A DNA stretch of 32,000 nt from Phycisphaera mikurensis NBRC 102666. GTDB lineage: Bacteria > Planctomycetota > Phycisphaerae > Phycisphaerales > Phycisphaeraceae. Shown piece after piece: positions 9,852 through 18,406 of this stretch (position 1 is the first letter of the stretch; each line of letters begins with the position of its first letter). The notes beneath the pieces are model-generated. The model was not told the DNA's origin. It saw only the letters and a program-made list of their open reading frames with translations, and ran no database searches. Position numbers and translations under genes: made by a program. The DNA lies in the NCBI RefSeq assembly GCF_000284115.1, contig NC_017080.1:210001-242000 (forward strand), written 5' to 3'.

Positions 9852-10733
9852 ATGGATCCGCTTCAATCTGTGACATCCGACGCGGCGGGTGCCGGCTCCG
9901 TCTGGTGGGAGGTGCGGGGTTTCGGCCGCGGCCGGCACCCCCGCGGCACGGCCTACCGGCACGACAACGCCAAGCGGCCCCGCACCGGCAGCTGGGTGGT
10001 GGAGCTGGTGGAGGAGGGCCGGATCGCGTTCGAAATCGGCGGCGGGCTGCTCGGCCCGAGCGGCGGCGCCGGCCGCCGGCGGGTGGCCCTGGGGCCGGGG
10101 TCGGTGTTCGTGTTCGCGTACGGCGAGAAGTCTTGCTACGGCGTCGACGGGCGGCTGCCCGCCGAGCACGCCTCCCGCTGGGTCTCGCTCCGCGGGGCCG
10201 GGCTCGGGCCGCACCTGGACCTGCTGCGGCGGGAGGGCTGGCGGCGGATGGCGGGCCAGCCCCGGCACGGCCCGCTGGCGGCGGCGGTGGCGGCGGGGAT
10301 GGACCGGCTGATCGCGGCCGCGGCGCCCGGCGGCGGCGCGACGCCGGCTGAAGCCGCCCACGAGGTGCACCGCTTCGTCGCGACGCTCCTGGCCGAGGGC
10401 GGCCCCGGCCGCGAGCCGGACGAACGCCCCGTCGATCACGCCGTCCGCAGCCTGCTCACCCGCCCGCACGCGCCGTCCTCGCTCAAGGAGGTGGCCGCGG
10501 AGCACGGCGTGAGCCGCGAGCACCTCGCCCGCGTCTTCGCCGAGCGCGTCGGCGAGCCGCCCCACCGCCACCTGGCGCGGCGCCGGGTCCGCCACGCGAT
10601 CGAGCTGCTGCGGTGCACGGGGCTCCCGCTGGCGGCGGTCGCCCGGCAGTCCGGCTTCGCGACGGTGCAGACGCTGCGGCGGCAGGTGCAGCGGGAGACC
10701 GGGCGCTCGCCCGCGGAGCTGCGAGCGGGCTGA
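9852..10733 (+). CDS. AraC-family transcriptional regulator
   Basis: C-terminal double HTH typical of AraC/XylS (SLKEVAAEHGVSREHLARVFAERVG ... AVARQSGFATVQTLRRQVQRETGRSPAELR). It is divergent from a sugar hydrolase gene. Confidence 0.85.
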   Translation: MDPLQSVTSDAAGAGSVWWEVRGFGRGRHPRGTAYRHDNAKRPRTGSWVVELVEEGRIAFEIGGGLLGPSGGAGRRRVALGPGSVFVFAYGEKSCYGVDGRLPAEHASRWVSLRGAGLGPHLDLLRREGWRRMAGQPRHGPLAAAVAAGMDRLIAAAAPGGGATPAEAAHEVHRFVATLLAEGGPGREPDERPVDHAVRSLLTRPHAPSSLKEVAAEHGVSREHLARVFAERVGEPPHRHLARRRVRHAIELLRCTGLPLAAVARQSGFATVQTLRRQVQRETGRSPAELRAG

Positions 10734-10749
10734 GCCCGCCGCCGCCGCG

Positions 10750-11361
10750 TCACCGCGGGGCGGGCTCCGCCGGCCCGAGGCGACGCAGCACGGCGAGCGC
10801 CTCGAGGTTCTTGCCCTTTCCGCCGCGGATCGGGCTCTCGACGCAGCCGACGAGCTCCGCGGGGGCACCCGCCTCCGCCGCGATCCGCGGCAGCGACGCC
10901 GCGACGGCGTCGACGATCTCGCGGGCCTCCCCGTCGTCGAGGCGGTGTCGGCCGCTTTCGTAGTGCGGCTTCACGAGCGTGACGACGTGGCCGCCGGGGC
11001 GGCACCAGGCCAGCGCGGCGGGCAGGGCCCGGTCCTGCTTGGTCCAGCCGAGGTCGACGCTGACCACGCCGCACGCCGAGGCGGCTTCCGGCGGCGGGGG
11101 CGCGTGCAGCGCGTTGGTCCGCTCCATCACCACGACGCCGGGGTCCTGCCGCAGCGTCCAGGCGAGCTGGCCGTAAGCCGTGTCCAACGCGTACACGGGC
11201 TCGGCCCCCCCGCGGCGGAGCACGTCGACGAAGCCGCCCACCGATGCGCCCAGGTCGGCCGCCGGCGCACCGGCGGGGGAGACGCCGAAGGCCTCGAGCG
11301 CGGCGAGCAGTTTGAGCGCGCCACGCGACGCCCACGACGCCTCCGGCGGCGTCGCGCTCAC
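10750..11361 (-). CDS. tlyA: TlyA-type (FtsJ-like) rRNA 2'-O-methyltransferase lacking the N-terminal S4 domain
   Basis: SRGALKLLAALEAFGV...DLGASVGGFVDVLLRRG...VYALDTAYGQLAWTLRQDPGVVVMERTNA matches the TlyA family core. The GTG start at 11361 overlaps the upstream gene's TGA (11358-11360). Only the last 204 codons of the 883-aa track ORF are used. Confidence 0.8.
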   Translation of the reverse strand: MSATPPEASWASRGALKLLAALEAFGVSPAGAPAADLGASVGGFVDVLRRGGAEPVYALDTAYGQLAWTLRQDPGVVVMERTNALHAPPPPEAASACGVVSVDLGWTKQDRALPAALAWCRPGGHVVTLVKPHYESGRHRLDDGEAREIVDAVAASLPRIAAEAGAPAELVGCVESPIRGGKGKNLEALAVLRRLGPAEPAPR

Positions 11362-13358
11362 TTCTGGGGATCGGGCTGGGGTTCGGCAGCCTGCGCCGGG
11401 GCGGGCGGGTTCTCCTGCTCCGGCCGCGCCAGCCACGCCGCCCGCAGCAGCGAGAAGAGCGGGTCGGCCGGGCGGGCCTCCTCGGCGAGGGCCAGGCCGT
11501 AGCGGACCAGCTGCCGCGACTCGACCTGCCGGCCGAGGTACGCGAGCATCAGGGCGGGCTCGGCCTTGGGCGACTGCGGGTCGTCGATCAGCTTCTGCAG
11601 CTCGTCCCGCAGCCAAGCCATGCGGTCCGCCGGCGGCAGCAGCTTCTCGGCGTAGCGGGCGGAGATCAGCTCGGGGTGGTCGTTGTAGAGCTCCCGGAGC
11701 GACAGCGCCGCCGAGCGGATCATGCCCGCGGCCATCTGGGCGTGGACGAGGCCGACGCGGGCGAGCGGCTGCTCGCCGGCGTCGAGCACCACCTGGCGGT
11801 ACAGCGACTCCGCGTCGAAGAAGCGGCCCTCGGCGAGCGCCGCCTCCGCGCCGGCGAGCGACTCGTTGATGCGGTTCTGCCGGGCGCCGCGGAGGGTCTC
11901 CAGCCGCGGGCCGTCGTAGCCGAGCTGGCTGGCCACCGCGCGCGCGTCCTCGGACGCCGCGTCCCCCTCGGCGGCCCCGGCCGCGTCGTCGTTGCCCGCC
12001 CCCAGCCCGCGGAGCAGGTCGTCCACCGAGCGTTGGCGGCGGTTCTCGGCATTGGTGAGCGCCTCGTCGGAGACGCCGGCGAGCTCCCGCATCCAAGCGG
12101 GCCGGTCGGCCCCCGGGCCGCCGGCGTCGGTCACCAGCTCGCCGCCGCGCAGCCGGCGGAGCAGGTCGAGGTAGGGCTCGGGCGTGTCGCCGTCGCCGCG
12201 GCCGGCTTCCTCCTCGGCGAGCGGGCGGAGGATCTGGGCCCGGAGCCGGGCGAGGCGGTCGCCGGACCCGCCCGCCGCGGCCTGCTCGCCGGATCCGCCG
12301 GCGTTCCGCAGCACCGGGTTGAGCTGAGCCCCCAGCTGGATCGCCAGCGGCACGCCGCCGCGGGCCACGCCGCCGAGGTTCTCGCCTTCGCCCGAGGCCT
12401 CCGGGTCGGGGGCGCCCGGCAGCCGCCGCTGGGCTTCCCGCGGCAGCGTCGGCGCGGCCTCGCCGGCCGCGCCGGCGGGGAGCCCGCCGTTGCGGCCCTG
12501 CACCGCCGCGGCGCGGGGGCCGTCGGCGGCCGGCGCCTCGCCGGCACCGATGCGCAGCTCCCGGGCGCCAGGCGTCGCGGCGGAGGGCGCCGAGGCGGTG
12601 GTGCGGCGGAGGTCCTGCGGGTTCGGGGCGTCCTGGCCGTCGCCGGTTGCCTCGCCGCCGGCCGCGGCCCGCGCCGCCTCGCCCGCCGGCGGCCCGACCT
12701 CCGACTCCCGCACGCCGAAGAGCGGGCTGGCGTCGAGCTGCAGCCGACGCCCGTCGGGCGCCTCGAAGCGGCCGAGGGTGTCCCCGCCGGCGCGGGCGCC
12801 CTCGCGCCCGCCGTCCGCGGCGACGCGCCCGCCGGAGGGCCCGCGGAGCAGGTCGGGGTTGAAGCGGGTGGCGCCGGCGCCCACGCGTGCGGCGCTGACG
12901 CCGTCGGCGCCGACGACCAGCCGCTCGGGACCGCTGCCGGTGCGGCCGGCCGAGGGCGTGAAGTAGCTGTCGTAGATGATGTTCCCGCCCGCGATGCCGC
13001 CCGAGCCCGGCTGCGGGGTGAACCGCTGCGTCGGCGGGCCGCCGACGCCACCGGGGATCGCGCTGTCGGCCCGGAAGCGGAACAGGTCGTCGCTGCCGAG
13101 CTCCCCGCCGAAAGCGCCCTCCGCCCGGATCCCGGCGTCGCCGCGGAACTGGCGTCCGCCGGTCACCTGCCCGGTGATCAGCAGGTTGCGGGCGCTGTAG
13201 TCCAGCTGCGTGTTCTGCGGGTTGACGCCGCCGGAACCGGCTTGCGGGTTCGCGTCCAGCGCCCGGCCGTTCTGCGGCGCGGCCCGCTGCGCGGCGGCGG
13301 GCGGCGCGAGGCTCGCGGCGCTGGCGAGGAGGGCGAGGGCGAGGTGGAGCTTGGACAT
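11358..13358 (-). CDS. Secreted hypothetical protein: Gly/Ala/Pro-rich low-complexity N-terminal two-thirds, TPR-like helical C-terminus
   Basis: ATG 13358 is preceded by GGAGAA. Signal peptide MSKLHLALALLASAASLAPPAAAQ. The C-terminal ~200 aa is helical-repeat-like (RFFDAESLYRQVVLDAGEQPLARVGLVHAQMAAG...). I recognise no family. Confidence 0.65.
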   Translation of the reverse strand: MSKLHLALALLASAASLAPPAAAQRAAPQNGRALDANPQAGSGGVNPQNTQLDYSARNLLITGQVTGGRQFRGDAGIRAEGAFGGELGSDDLFRFRADSAIPGGVGGPPTQRFTPQPGSGGIAGGNIIYDSYFTPSAGRTGSGPERLVVGADGVSAARVGAGATRFNPDLLRGPSGGRVAADGGREGARAGGDTLGRFEAPDGRRLQLDASPLFGVRESEVGPPAGEAARAAAGGEATGDGQDAPNPQDLRRTTASAPSAATPGARELRIGAGEAPAADGPRAAAVQGRNGGLPAGAAGEAAPTLPREAQRRLPGAPDPEASGEGENLGGVARGGVPLAIQLGAQLNPVLRNAGGSGEQAAAGGSGDRLARLRAQILRPLAEEEAGRGDGDTPEPYLDLLRRLRGGELVTDAGGPGADRPAWMRELAGVSDEALTNAENRRQRSVDDLLRGLGAGNDDAAGAAEGDAASEDARAVASQLGYDGPRLETLRGARQNRINESLAGAEAALAEGRFFDAESLYRQVVLDAGEQPLARVGLVHAQMAAGMIRSAALSLRELYNDHPELISARYAEKLLPPADRMAWLRDELQKLIDDPQSPKAEPALMLAYLGRQVESRQLVRYGLALAEEARPADPLFSLLRAAWLARPEQENPPAPAQAAEPQPDPQK

Positions 13359-13389
13359 GAGCGTTCTCCGGGATCGGCTCGCGGGCGGT

Positions 13390-13440
13390 CCGCGGCCGCA
13401 AAGAGCGTAGGGGCCAACCGGCCGCTCCCCGGGTCCGCGG
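13390..13440. repeat. Variant/degenerate REP-like element (direct half-sites)
   Basis: CGGTCCGCGG (13386-13395) and GGGTCCGCGG (13431-13440) are in the same orientation. They lie in the pfkB-to-secreted-protein intercistronic gap. Confidence 0.35.
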
Positions 13441-13471
13441 CCCGCCGCGGCCCGCCGCCGCCCCGGCGGTC

Positions 13472-14380
13472 TCAGCCGACGTCGAGCATCGACACGTACG
13501 CCCGCTCCCGCTCGGCCAGCTCCTCGCGGGTCAGCGACTCCAGCGCCGCCAGCGAGAAGGCCTCGATCGTGAAGCTCGCGACGACGGTCCCGGCGGCCAT
13601 CGCGGTCATGATCCCGCCGAAGCCGCGGTCGCCGGTCGCCGCCAGCCGGCCCATCATCCCGCCGCCGAAGGAATCCCCGGCCCCGGTGGGGTCGACCACG
13701 TCGGCCGCGGGAAAGGCCGGCAGCGCACCCTCGCCGTCCCGGTGGACGAGCACCGCCCCGTGCTCGCCCTTCTTCACGACGACGAAGGCCGGGCCCATCT
13801 CCAGGATCTTCCGGCCCGCGCGGACGACGTTCCGCTCCTCGGTCAGCTGGAAGGCCTCGGCGTCGTTGAGCACGAGGCCGTCGACGTTCTTCAGCAGCTC
13901 CATCAGCTCGTCGCGGGCGATGGAGATCCACAGGTCCATCGTGTCCGCGACGACCAGCTCCGCGTCGGGGAAGGACCGCCGCAGCCCCAGCTGCGCGGCG
14001 GGGTGGGCGTTGGCGAGGAAGACGGTCCGCGTGTCGGCGTAGGCCTCGGGCACCGGCGGGCCGTCCTCGCCGAGCACGTTCAGGTCGACCGAGAGCGTCT
14101 CGCGGTCGTTCATGTTCTCGAGGTACCGGCCCGTCCAGCGGAAGGTCTTGCTGCCCGCCCGCTTCTCCAGGCCGGCGAGGTCGATGTCGAAGCGGTGGAA
14201 GGGCGCCTCCAGCTCGGCGGGGAAGTCGTCGCCGACGGCGGCGACGAGGCGGACCGGCCCCTGAAAGCTGGCGGCCGCGGCGAAGTAGATCGCCGAGCCG
14301 CCCAGCACCGAGTCCGCCGAGCCGGTGGGCGTGTGGACGGTGTCGATGCCGATGGATCCGGTGACGAGCAGGCTGTTCAT
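13472..14380 (-). CDS. PfkB-family carbohydrate kinase (ribokinase superfamily)
   Basis: N-terminal LVTGSIGIDTV and the C-terminal signature DPTGAGDSFGGG are typical of PfkB kinases. Confidence 0.85.
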   Translation of the reverse strand: MNSLLVTGSIGIDTVHTPTGSADSVLGGSAIYFAAAASFQGPVRLVAAVGDDFPAELEAPFHRFDIDLAGLEKRAGSKTFRWTGRYLENMNDRETLSVDLNVLGEDGPPVPEAYADTRTVFLANAHPAAQLGLRRSFPDAELVVADTMDLWISIARDELMELLKNVDGLVLNDAEAFQLTEERNVVRAGRKILEMGPAFVVVKKGEHGAVLVHRDGEGALPAFPAADVVDPTGAGDSFGGGMMGRLAATGDRGFGGIMTAMAAGTVVASFTIEAFSLAALESLTREELAERERAYVSMLDVG

Positions 14381-14398
14381 GGGCGCAACCTACGGGCT

Positions 14399-14443
14399 CC
14401 GGGTCCGCCGGTCGCCGAGCCCGATGGAAGCCGCGGTCCGCGG
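14399..14443. repeat. Variant/degenerate REP-like element
   Basis: CCGGGTCCGCCGG (14399-14411) and CCGCGGTCCGCGG (14431-14443). Its reverse complement begins ccgcggaccgcggc, like the copy at 24523. It lies between the glycogen synthase stop and the pfkB start. Confidence 0.35.
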
Positions 14444-14487
14444 GATCGCCGGGCGTTGGCGCGGCCCCGCCGCCGGCCGCGACGTCG

Positions 14488-16518
14488 TCAGAGCCGCTCG
14501 ATCGCCGTCGCGTAGGCCTCTTCGTAGTGCGCCGCGAGCTGTCTCCAGTCGAAGTCCTGGGCGAAGTCCTCGACGGCGTTGCGCTGGGTGATGCGGCCGC
14601 GGCGGTCGAGGCGGCAGAACCGCAGCATCTCCTCGGTGAGGACCTCGGCGGAGTGGTTGGGGTCGGTGCCGCGGCGTGGCACGATCGACACGCCCTCGGG
14701 CACGCCGGCGGTGCCGCCCTCGGCGCCGCCGTGCCGCTGGGCGGGCATGTGCTGGGCGACGTAGCTGCCGAAGCCGGCGAGGTCGCTGGTGATCGCGGGC
14801 ACGCCCAGGGCGATCGACTCCAGCGGCGTGTACCCCCAGGGCTCGTAGTAGCTGGGGAACACGCCGAGGTGGCAGCCGCGGACGAACTGGTCGTAGTCCA
14901 TCCCGAAGAGCGGGCTGGTGCCGCTGATGAAGTCGGGGTGGAAGACCACCTTGACCGGGTCCTCCTGCGCGTTGTGGAGGTGGCAGCGGTGCAGCTGGTC
15001 GAGCACCGGGTCGCGGCCGGGGTCGACCAGGTCGTGGGTCACCACCGAGGGCAGGCCGCTGCGCTTCCACTCCTGCTGCAGCCGCCGCAGCCGCAATTTG
15101 GAGTAGTCGTCGACGAGCGTGTTCAGGTCGGTCGTGCCGCCCCGGGTCGCCTCCATGAACAGCCGCTCGGCGATCTGCCGCTCGTAGCGCGCGATCGTGC
15201 GCCGGAAGTCGTCGACGTAGGAGCAGCCCTTCAGCGAGGCGACCGAGATCGACCGCGTGGCCGCCCGGGTGATCAGGAAGAAGACCACGGTGACGCCGCT
15301 CCCCTCGGCTTTGAGGCGGTGGTTGAGCCGGGCGAGGGCCTCGATCGTCAGGTCCATCCCCTTGTTGCGGTACTCGTAGCGGCCGCTGGTGAAGAGGTAG
15401 AGCGTCTTGTCGAGGTCGAAGGTGTAGCTCGGGAAGAAGTGCCCGATCGTGAACTCGTGGATCCGGTTCTTGTACTCGTCGTGGAGGTGCTGGAACTGGT
15501 GGATGGCCGCGAAACGCTCGGTGTTGATGCCGTTGGGGAGCACGTGGTCGACGTCGCGGCCGAGCAGGTGGCGGCACTCCAGCGCGGTGATGTCGCTGAC
15601 GGTCGTGAAGACCTGCGAGCCGTGGGCGGCCGCGCGCTCGATGCCGTGCTGGCTGGCGACGTTGAACTTCGTCGCCTCGGCCCCCGCGTCGTAGAAGGGC
15701 AGGTGGTCGTAGAACGTCGGGTCGTTCATCGCCAGGTAGCGGCCGAGCACCGTCGCGTGCGTGGTGAACACGAAGGTGCCCGGCCAGCTCTCCTGGCGGA
15801 GCATGGGGATGCACGGCGCGGCCATCCACTCGTGGATCTGGGCGACCACGGCGCGGCCCGAGGGCGACGCTTCGTGGTCGCCGGGGCCCGCCCCGTGCTC
15901 GCCGGCGGCGCGGGCGGCGTCGGCCTCCTCGGGGGCGAGCGGCTGCTCGGCCGTGGCACCGCTCTGCGTGAGGAAGCTCAGGAACACGCGCAGGCACTCG
16001 CCGAAGGCGACGACGCCGTCGATGAGCTCGTCGTCGGGCGTGGGGATCTGGTGGTCGCGCCAGAGCCGGGCCTTGACGTCGCCGAGGTACCGCTGGGCGT
16101 CGCTGCGGTGCAGCAGCACGATCCAGGGCCGGCCCGCGACCAGCCAGCGGCCGAGCTCGACGCGGTAGCCCGCGGCCCGCATCGCCTCCACCGCGGGCCG
16201 GAAGGGGCTGGCCCCCTCGTCGCTCTCGAACTCCCGCAGCGCGTGGACCTGGTCGTAGGGCCCGGCGAGGCAGTAGCGGTTGCCCCACTTGGTCTGCATC
16301 GTCTGCACCTTCGTGCGCAGCACGGTGTAGATGCCGCCGATGGGGTTGCACGCCTCCCACGCCGCCTCGACCAGCAGCGGCTGGCGGGCCGTCGCGCTGC
16401 GGAGGGCGTTGCCGGTCCGCTCGTGGACGTTCGCGGGCCGGTCGCCGCGGCGGACCGGCACGGGGTCCTCTTCGGGGCCGCGGGCCGCGGCGAGCAAGTC
16501 GGCGTCGGGGTCGGGCAT
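14488..16518 (-). CDS. Glycogen synthase, eukaryotic type (CAZy GT3, Glycogen_syn family)
   Basis: EAAWEACNPIGGIYTVLRTK, FTTHATVLGRYL, TTVSDITALE and FPSYYEPWGYTPLESIALGVPAITSDLAGFG are diagnostic of animal/fungal-type glycogen synthases rather than bacterial GT5 GlgA. Start at ATG 16518 (MPDPDADLL). Confidence 0.85.
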   Translation of the reverse strand: MPDPDADLLAAARGPEEDPVPVRRGDRPANVHERTGNALRSATARQPLLVEAAWEACNPIGGIYTVLRTKVQTMQTKWGNRYCLAGPYDQVHALREFESDEGASPFRPAVEAMRAAGYRVELGRWLVAGRPWIVLLHRSDAQRYLGDVKARLWRDHQIPTPDDELIDGVVAFGECLRVFLSFLTQSGATAEQPLAPEEADAARAAGEHGAGPGDHEASPSGRAVVAQIHEWMAAPCIPMLRQESWPGTFVFTTHATVLGRYLAMNDPTFYDHLPFYDAGAEATKFNVASQHGIERAAAHGSQVFTTVSDITALECRHLLGRDVDHVLPNGINTERFAAIHQFQHLHDEYKNRIHEFTIGHFFPSYTFDLDKTLYLFTSGRYEYRNKGMDLTIEALARLNHRLKAEGSGVTVVFFLITRAATRSISVASLKGCSYVDDFRRTIARYERQIAERLFMEATRGGTTDLNTLVDDYSKLRLRRLQQEWKRSGLPSVVTHDLVDPGRDPVLDQLHRCHLHNAQEDPVKVVFHPDFISGTSPLFGMDYDQFVRGCHLGVFPSYYEPWGYTPLESIALGVPAITSDLAGFGSYVAQHMPAQRHGGAEGGTAGVPEGVSIVPRRGTDPNHSAEVLTEEMLRFCRLDRRGRITQRNAVEDFAQDFDWRQLAAHYEEAYATAIERL

Positions 16519-16584
16519 CGCCCGATCGTAGAGGGGGCCTGCCGCGGTCACCGCCGCCGCCGACGCGGACCCGTAGCCTCGCGG

Positions 16585-17226
16585 ATGGACGAGCAGCGGC
16601 TGGACGCCGGGGCGTGGGTGGCGGCGATCACCGGCGACGACGCGGACGCGGTGGCGCGGGCGGTGGCCGCCGAGCCGGCTCGCGCCCGCGGATTTCTCAC
16701 CCGCGACCGGCCGTGGGGGCCCGAGCGGTGGATGCCGCTGCACCTCGCCGCCGACGCCGGCGCCGCGCGCGTCCTCGACGCCCTCCTCGCGGCGGGCGTG
16801 TCCGTCGAGCCGCGCAGCCAGGCCCCCGGGGCACCGCTCACCCGGGGCCGCGCCACCCCGCTGCACCTCGCCGCGGCCGCCGGCCACGCCGAAGCGGTCC
16901 TCCGCCTGGTCGCCGCCGGCGCCGAGCCGGACGTGCTCGACGCCGCCGGCGACCGTCCGCTGCACCTCGCCGCCCGCGCCGGCCACGCCGACGCGGTGCA
17001 GGCCCTGCGGATGTCCGACGCGGCGCTGGAGGCCCGCAGCGGCCGCGGCCGCACGCCGCTGCACGAGGCGATCGCGGGCGGGAGCGAGGACGCGGCGCTG
17101 GCGCTGCTGCGCGCCGGCGCCGACGCCGCGGCGTTGTGCCCGAAGGAGCCGGGGAAGCGGACGGTCCGCGAGCGGGCCGCCGCCGCGGGGATGGAGCGCC
17201 TGCTCTCCGCGCTCCCGCCCGCCTGA
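16585..17226 (+). CDS. Ankyrin-repeat protein
   Basis: Repeated TPLHLAA..GH...V..LL..GA units (MPLHLAADAGAARVLDALLAAG; TPLHLAAAAGHAEAVLRLVAAGAEPD; RPLHLAARAGHADAVQAL; TPLHEAIAGGSEDAALALLRAGAD). Only the last 214 codons of the 899-aa track ORF are used. Confidence 0.8.
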   Translation: MDEQRLDAGAWVAAITGDDADAVARAVAAEPARARGFLTRDRPWGPERWMPLHLAADAGAARVLDALLAAGVSVEPRSQAPGAPLTRGRATPLHLAAAAGHAEAVLRLVAAGAEPDVLDAAGDRPLHLAARAGHADAVQALRMSDAALEARSGRGRTPLHEAIAGGSEDAALALLRAGADAAALCPKEPGKRTVRERAAAAGMERLLSALPPA

Positions 17227-17248
17227 CGGGCCGCGCCGCCCGCGCCAG

Positions 17249-17274
17249 CCGCATCGCATCGCGACCCGATGCGG
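17249..17274. terminator. Hairpin between convergent genes (possible bidirectional terminator)
   Basis: CCGCATCG (17249-17256) pairs with CGATGCGG (17267-17274), with a 10-nt loop. It lies between the ankyrin stop (17226) and the thioredoxin-like stop (17301). There is no U-tract. Confidence 0.3.
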
Positions 17275-17300
17275 GCCGCTGGCACCCGCCGCGAGGGGCC

Positions 17301-17885
17301 TCAGGCCGTCTCTTCGCGCCACTTGATGTTGCAGCCCATCGACGGCCGCTGCTCCACCGCCACCTCTTCGCCCGCGAGCACCTGCTCGATCGCCGCCCGC
17401 AGCGTCGCCCCGTCCGCCTGGCCGTCGCGGTCGTCGTACACGCCGCTCTTGACCCGGTGCGGCCGCGTCGGGTCGAGTTCGCCGCGGTAGGCGAGCTTGT
17501 GCTCCGCATCGAAGAGGAAGAAGTCCGGCGTGCACGCGGCCGTAAACGCCCGCGCCACCTCCTGCGTCGCGTCGTAGAGGTACGGGAAGGCGTAGCCGCG
17601 GGCCTGCACCTCCTCCTTCATCTTCTCGGGCGCGTCCTCGGGGTACGCCTGCGCGTCGTTGCTGCTGATCGCGACCACGGCGAGCCGGCCGGCGTAATCG
17701 TCGCCCAGCCGCTTGAGCTCGGGCGCCACGTGCTTCACGTACGGGCAGTGGTTGCAGATGAACATCACCAGCATCGGCACGCCGGCGAACTCCTCGTTCG
17801 TGCGGACGCGGCCGGCGGTGTCGGGCAGGGCGAAGGCGGGGGCGGGGGTGCCCAGCGGGAGCATCGTGGAGGGGGTGAGGGCCAT
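17301..17885 (-). CDS. Thioredoxin-fold thiol-disulfide oxidoreductase (TlpA/AhpC-TSA-like)
   Basis: 194 aa with a CNHCP redox motif in thioredoxin-like context (PMLVMFICNHCPYVKH). Start at ATG 17885. Confidence 0.8.
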   Translation of the reverse strand: MALTPSTMLPLGTPAPAFALPDTAGRVRTNEEFAGVPMLVMFICNHCPYVKHVAPELKRLGDDYAGRLAVVAISSNDAQAYPEDAPEKMKEEVQARGYAFPYLYDATQEVARAFTAACTPDFFLFDAEHKLAYRGELDPTRPHRVKSGVYDDRDGQADGATLRAAIEQVLAGEEVAVEQRPSMGCNIKWREETA

Positions 17886-17938
17886 GACGCGGACGCTACG
17901 CGGACCGGGGCCGCGCCCGGCGCAGCCCGCCGGCCGGC

Positions 17939-18406
17939 TCAGCCCCTCATCTCGACGATCTCGAAGCGCTTCACGCCCTTGGGCAGGTCCACCTTCACGG
18001 TCTCGCCGACGCGGGCCTTCATGAGCGCCTCGCCCATCGGGCTGCTCGCGGTCACCTCGATTTCGTCCGCGTCGAAGCTGCCCGAGGCGGTGCCCACCAG
18101 CTTGTACAGGTCGCTGGAGTCGTCGCTGAGGTCCTTGAGCACCACGACCGAGCCCAGGAAGACCATGTCGTCGGGCTTCTCCACGTTGTCGGTCACCTGG
18201 GCGTTCTGCAGCTTCTCCTCCAGGCGCTTGATCTCCGCCTCCTCCATGCCCTGCCGCTCGCGCATCGCGTGGTACTCGGCGTTCTCCTTGAGGTCCCCCT
18301 GCTCCCGGGCGGCGGCGATGCGCTCCTTGATGTCGGTGCGGTTGTGGTGCAGCTCGTCCAGGCGGGCCTGGATGCGCGACTGGTCTTCGGGGGTGATGAA
18401 CTCCAC
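17939..18406 (-). CDS. greA: Transcription elongation factor GreA
   Basis: REQGDLKENAEYHAMRERQG plus the C-terminal SPMGEALMKARVGETVKVDLP. GTG start at 18406 with GGAG about 10 nt upstream. 155 aa. Confidence 0.9.
   Translation of the reverse strand: MEFITPEDQSRIQARLDELHHNRTDIKERIAAAREQGDLKENAEYHAMRERQGMEEAEIKRLEEKLQNAQVTDNVEKPDDMVFLGSVVVLKDLSDDSSDLYKLVGTASGSFDADEIEVTASSPMGEALMKARVGETVKVDLPKGVKRFEIVEMRG

Noticed and set aside
11362-13401. Upstream 680 codons of the 883-aa ORF 10750-13401(-)
   Set aside because: Only the last 204 codons resemble a real protein (TlyA core). The rest overlaps, out of frame, the signal-peptide-bearing gene 11358-13358 and translates to an Arg/Pro/Gly-rich repeat.
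14527-16584. N-terminal ~685 codons of ORF 14527-17226(+)
   Set aside because: This part is antisense to the well-supported GT3 glycogen synthase. Recognisable ankyrin repeats begin only after ATG 16585.
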